Origin: Peptococcaceae bacterium BRH_c4b
Lineage (GTDB): Bacteria > Bacillota > Desulfotomaculia > Desulfotomaculales > Desulfocucumaceae
DNA: 32,000 nt
NCBI GenBank assembly: GCA_000961595.1
Contig: LADO01000057.1
Location: forward strand, 4,991-36,990
Direction of reading: 5' to 3'
Shown: positions 29,430 to 32,000 of the stretch, in pieces
Position numbering within the stretch: the first letter of the stretch is position 1
How the letters are laid out: each line of letters begins with the position of its first letter
Notes under the pieces: generated by a model
Databases searched by the model: none
Told to the model about the DNA's origin: nothing
Seen by the model: only the letters and a program-made list of their open reading frames with translations
Position numbers and translations under genes: made by a program

Positions 29430-29525
29430 TATCAATGTCCTAAAATATTCTTTTAATTGAAAGGAAAAATCTTATATGGTAAAATACCCATTATGGGGTA
29501 ACCGGGCTCGGAAGGAGTGGCTTTG

Positions 29526-31349
29526 TTGAACAGAGTCCTGAAAAACCTTAGTATTTATCTTCTTATCGTACTGGTAATAATCGCCTTAATTAAACTATCC
29601 TCTCCGGCTGGCACCGCACCGGAGCCCATAGATTATAACCAGTTCATCGCGGCTCTTTCCAAGGGAGAAATAACTACCGTAACCATCCAGGCCGAAAACA
29701 ATACAAATTTGATTACCGGCAAGTATAAGGACGGCAGCAGTTTTGAGAGCCGGGGACCTCAGCCTGATCCCGGGCTTTTAGACCTGCTGATTGAAAAAAA
29801 CGTTAGCTACAGATTTGAAAAACCACCCCAGCCCAGTTGGTGGGCCGGGCTTTTGACCAGTTTGCTGCCTATACTCATATTTGTGCTGTTGTTCTTCTTT
29901 ATGATGCAGCAGACCCAGGGCGGCGGCAACAGGGTTATGTCCTTCGGCAAAAGCAAGGCCAAACTGCATAGTGATGAAAAGAAAAAAATTACCTTTGCGG
30001 ATGTGGCCGGGGCCGATGAGGTTAAGGAAGAACTGGAAGAAATAGTGGAGTTTCTGAAGAATCCCAAAAAATTCAACGAATTAGGCGCACGAATACCCAA
30101 GGGGGTCCTCCTGTTCGGACCTCCGGGAACCGGTAAAACACTACTGGCCCGGGCGGTGGCCGGTGAAGCTGGTGTTCCCTTTTTCACCATCAGCGGCTCC
30201 GATTTTGTGGAAATGTTTGTGGGTGTCGGGGCGTCCAGGGTACGGGATCTTTTTGAACAGGCCAAAAAGAACGCCCCCTGTATAGTTTTCATAGATGAAA
30301 TAGATGCTGTGGGCCGTCAGCGGGGCGCCGGCCTGGGCGGGGGTCATGACGAGCGGGAGCAGACGTTAAACCAGTTATTGGTGGAAATGGACGGCTTCGC
30401 TCCCAATGAGGGCATTATAATCATCGCTGCCACCAACCGTCCGGATATTTTAGACCCGGCGCTGTTGCGACCCGGCCGTTTTGACCGGCAGGTGGTGGTG
30501 GATGTTCCTGATCTGACCGGGCGCAGGGAAATATTAAAAGTACATGTCAGGGGAAAACCCCTTGCTGGTGAGGTTGACCTGGATGTGCTGGCTAGGCGCA
30601 CCCCCGGCTTCACCGGGGCGGATCTGGCAAACCTGGTTAATGAGGCAGCCCTCCTGTCGGCCAGATTCAATAAAAATGAAATAGGCATGAAGGAGATGGA
30701 AAGTTCCATTGAAAGGGTAATCGCTGGCCCTGAGAAGAAATCAAAGGTTATCAGCGACAAAGAGAAAAAATTGGTTTCCTACCACGAGGCGGGCCATGCC
30801 CTGGTGGGATATTTGCTGCCGAATACCGACCCCGTGCATAAGGTTTCCATTATACCCAGAGGGCGGGCTGGCGGTTATACTCTTTTGTTGCCCAAAGAGG
30901 ACCGTTATTACATAACCAGGTCAATGCTGCTGGACCAGGTGACCATGCTGCTGGGGGGCCGGGTGGCAGAAGCTGTGGTTTTGCAGGAAATCAGCACCGG
31001 CGCCCAGAATGACCTGGAGCGGGCCACGGGAATAGTGCGCCGCATGATTATGGAGTACGGTATGAGTGATGAACTGGGCCCCATGACCTTCGGCAGCAAG
31101 CAGGAATCCCCGTTCCTGGGCCGCGATCTTTCCAGGGACCGCAATTACGGTGAGGAAGTGGCCACCAATATAGACAAGGAAGTCCACAATATTATGGATA
31201 AGAATTATAGCAGGGCCAAGGAACTGCTTATTGAGCACATGGATACACTGCATCTGATAGCCAATACATTGATGGAGAAAGAAACCATAGAGGCTATCGA
31301 ATTTGGGGAATTAATGAGTAAAGCCGGAGAAAAGCCGCATGAAGATTAA
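29526..31349 (+). CDS. ftsH: ATP-dependent zinc metalloprotease FtsH
   Basis: It has Walker A '[11 protein letters not shown]', SRH '[19 protein letters not shown]' and the zinc site 'HEAGHAL'. TTG 29526 (AAGGAG 8 nt upstream) gives '[14 protein letters not shown]', matching the B. subtilis FtsH N-terminus. Confidence 0.95.
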   Translation: MNRVLKNLSIYLLIVLVIIALIKLSSPAGTAPEPIDYNQFIAALSKGEITTVTIQAENNTNLITGKYKDGSSFESRGPQPDPGLLDLLIEKNVSYRFEKPPQPSWWAGLLTSLLPILIFVLLFFFMMQQTQGGGNRVMSFGKSKAKLHSDEKKKITFADVAGADEVKEELEEIVEFLKNPKKFNELGARIPKGVLLFGPPGTGKTLLARAVAGEAGVPFFTISGSDFVEMFVGVGASRVRDLFEQAKKNAPCIVFIDEIDAVGRQRGAGLGGGHDEREQTLNQLLVEMDGFAPNEGIIIIAATNRPDILDPALLRPGRFDRQVVVDVPDLTGRREILKVHVRGKPLAGEVDLDVLARRTPGFTGADLANLVNEAALLSARFNKNEIGMKEMESSIERVIAGPEKKSKVISDKEKKLVSYHEAGHALVGYLLPNTDPVHKVSIIPRGRAGGYTLLLPKEDRYYITRSMLLDQVTMLLGGRVAEAVVLQEISTGAQNDLERATGIVRRMIMEYGMSDELGPMTFGSKQESPFLGRDLSRDRNYGEEVATNIDKEVHNIMDKNYSRAKELLIEHMDTLHLIANTLMEKETIEAIEFGELMSKAGEKPHED

Positions 31350-31372
31350 AGGCCGGATTGGAGGCATAACAT

Positions 31373-31822
31373 ATGGAGAGAACTTATGCAATGATCAAGC
31401 CCGACGGGGTACAGAGGGGTTTGGTGGGGGAAATTATTTCCCGCTTTGAGAAAAAGGGACTTAAAATAGTAGGTCTAAAAATGCTGCAAATACGCGGGGA
31501 AATGGCGGAAACCCATTACGGTGAGCACAAGGGCAAACCATTTTTCGGGCCACTGGTGGATTACATTACCTCCAGCCCCGTGGTGGCCCTGGTTCTGGAG
31601 GGGAAAGATGCCGTATCGGTGGCCCGGGAAATGATGGGCGCCACCAACCCCCTGAAGGCGGCCCCCGGAACAATAAGAGCCACCTATGGTATGGATATTG
31701 GCAGGAATGTGATTCACGGCTCCGATTCAACGGCCAGCGCCGAGCGGGAAATAAACATTTTTTTTAAGCCGGAAGAATTGACGTCCTACAAAAGAGAGCT
31801 GGAAGCCTGGATATATGAATAG
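31373..31822 (+). CDS. ndk: Nucleoside-diphosphate kinase
   Basis: 149 aa. '[35 protein letters not shown]...NVIHGSDS' is the canonical Ndk sequence. Confidence 0.95.
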   Translation: MERTYAMIKPDGVQRGLVGEIISRFEKKGLKIVGLKMLQIRGEMAETHYGEHKGKPFFGPLVDYITSSPVVALVLEGKDAVSVAREMMGATNPLKAAPGTIRATYGMDIGRNVIHGSDSTASAEREINIFFKPEELTSYKRELEAWIYE

Positions 31823-31830
31823 CAAAAAAA

Positions 31831-31866
31831 CGGTAAATGCCGGGACGGTGTTTACCGCTTTTTTTA
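31831..31866 (+). terminator. Probable terminator of ndk
   Basis: CGGTAAA (31831-31837), 13-nt loop, TTTACCG (31851-31857), followed by CTTTTTTT. Confidence 0.5.
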
Positions 31867-32000
31867 GCTGGGCGGCGGCGCAGAAAAAATAGTCTGACAA
31901 AAGATGATGTAATTACCAGGCCAGGCAGGAAAAACAAAAGTCACTGTTGAAATTTTATATACAATATTAAATAATTGCAATTTATGGCATCCTTGAAGAG

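Noticed and set aside
1-32000. Search by eye for rRNA, tRNA, tmRNA, known riboswitch or T-box cores, transposases, integrases, phage genes, restriction-modification systems and known defence-system genes.
   Set aside because: I recognised none. No large ORF remains unassigned that could encode such proteins, and intergenic regions show no cloverleaf-like or conserved riboswitch core sequences I can identify. A cmscan/tRNAscan run would be needed for certainty.

Overview
This 32-kb window comes from a Gram-positive endospore former; a Clostridia/Peptococcaceae-like origin is my inference from protein flavour only. All well-supported genes except one are on the + strand. They follow the origin-proximal order known from Bacillus subtilis: prs, ctc, pth, mfd, spoVT, yabN, hup, yabO, (spoIID), yabP, yabQ, divIC, yabR, (ppx), spoIIE, tilS, ftsH, then ndk. 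Three accessory insertions interrupt this backbone. (i) The ctc|pth gap holds a decayed OYE-family oxidoreductase remnant, a cytoplasmic GAF-PAS histidine kinase, a 732-bp foldback element and a Met-rich small protein. (ii) The pth|mfd gap holds an atypical agr-type peptide quorum-sensing cassette. It contains two paralogous 153-aa membrane proteins, an agrB 5' remnant, AgrB, a 43-aa AgrD absent from the ORF track, a membrane PAS kinase paralogous to the first kinase, and a mini EExxK/HxxxN membrane-protease-like protein. No AgrC or AgrA is present. (iii) The yabQ|divIC gap holds 1.3 kb of nearly non-coding DNA with hairpin repeats, tiny ORFs and a small LuxR/GerE-type HTH gene. The non-coding DNA also carries a six-member family of GGGGACATTCC...GGTGTGTCCCC hairpin repeats, hairpins whose arms are tandem heptamers, and five perfect Spo0A-box heptamers, all in regulatory positions. 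I recognised no rRNA, tRNA, CRISPR array, transposase or phage gene. All calls rest on reading the sequence and recalled family motifs; no database search was possible.
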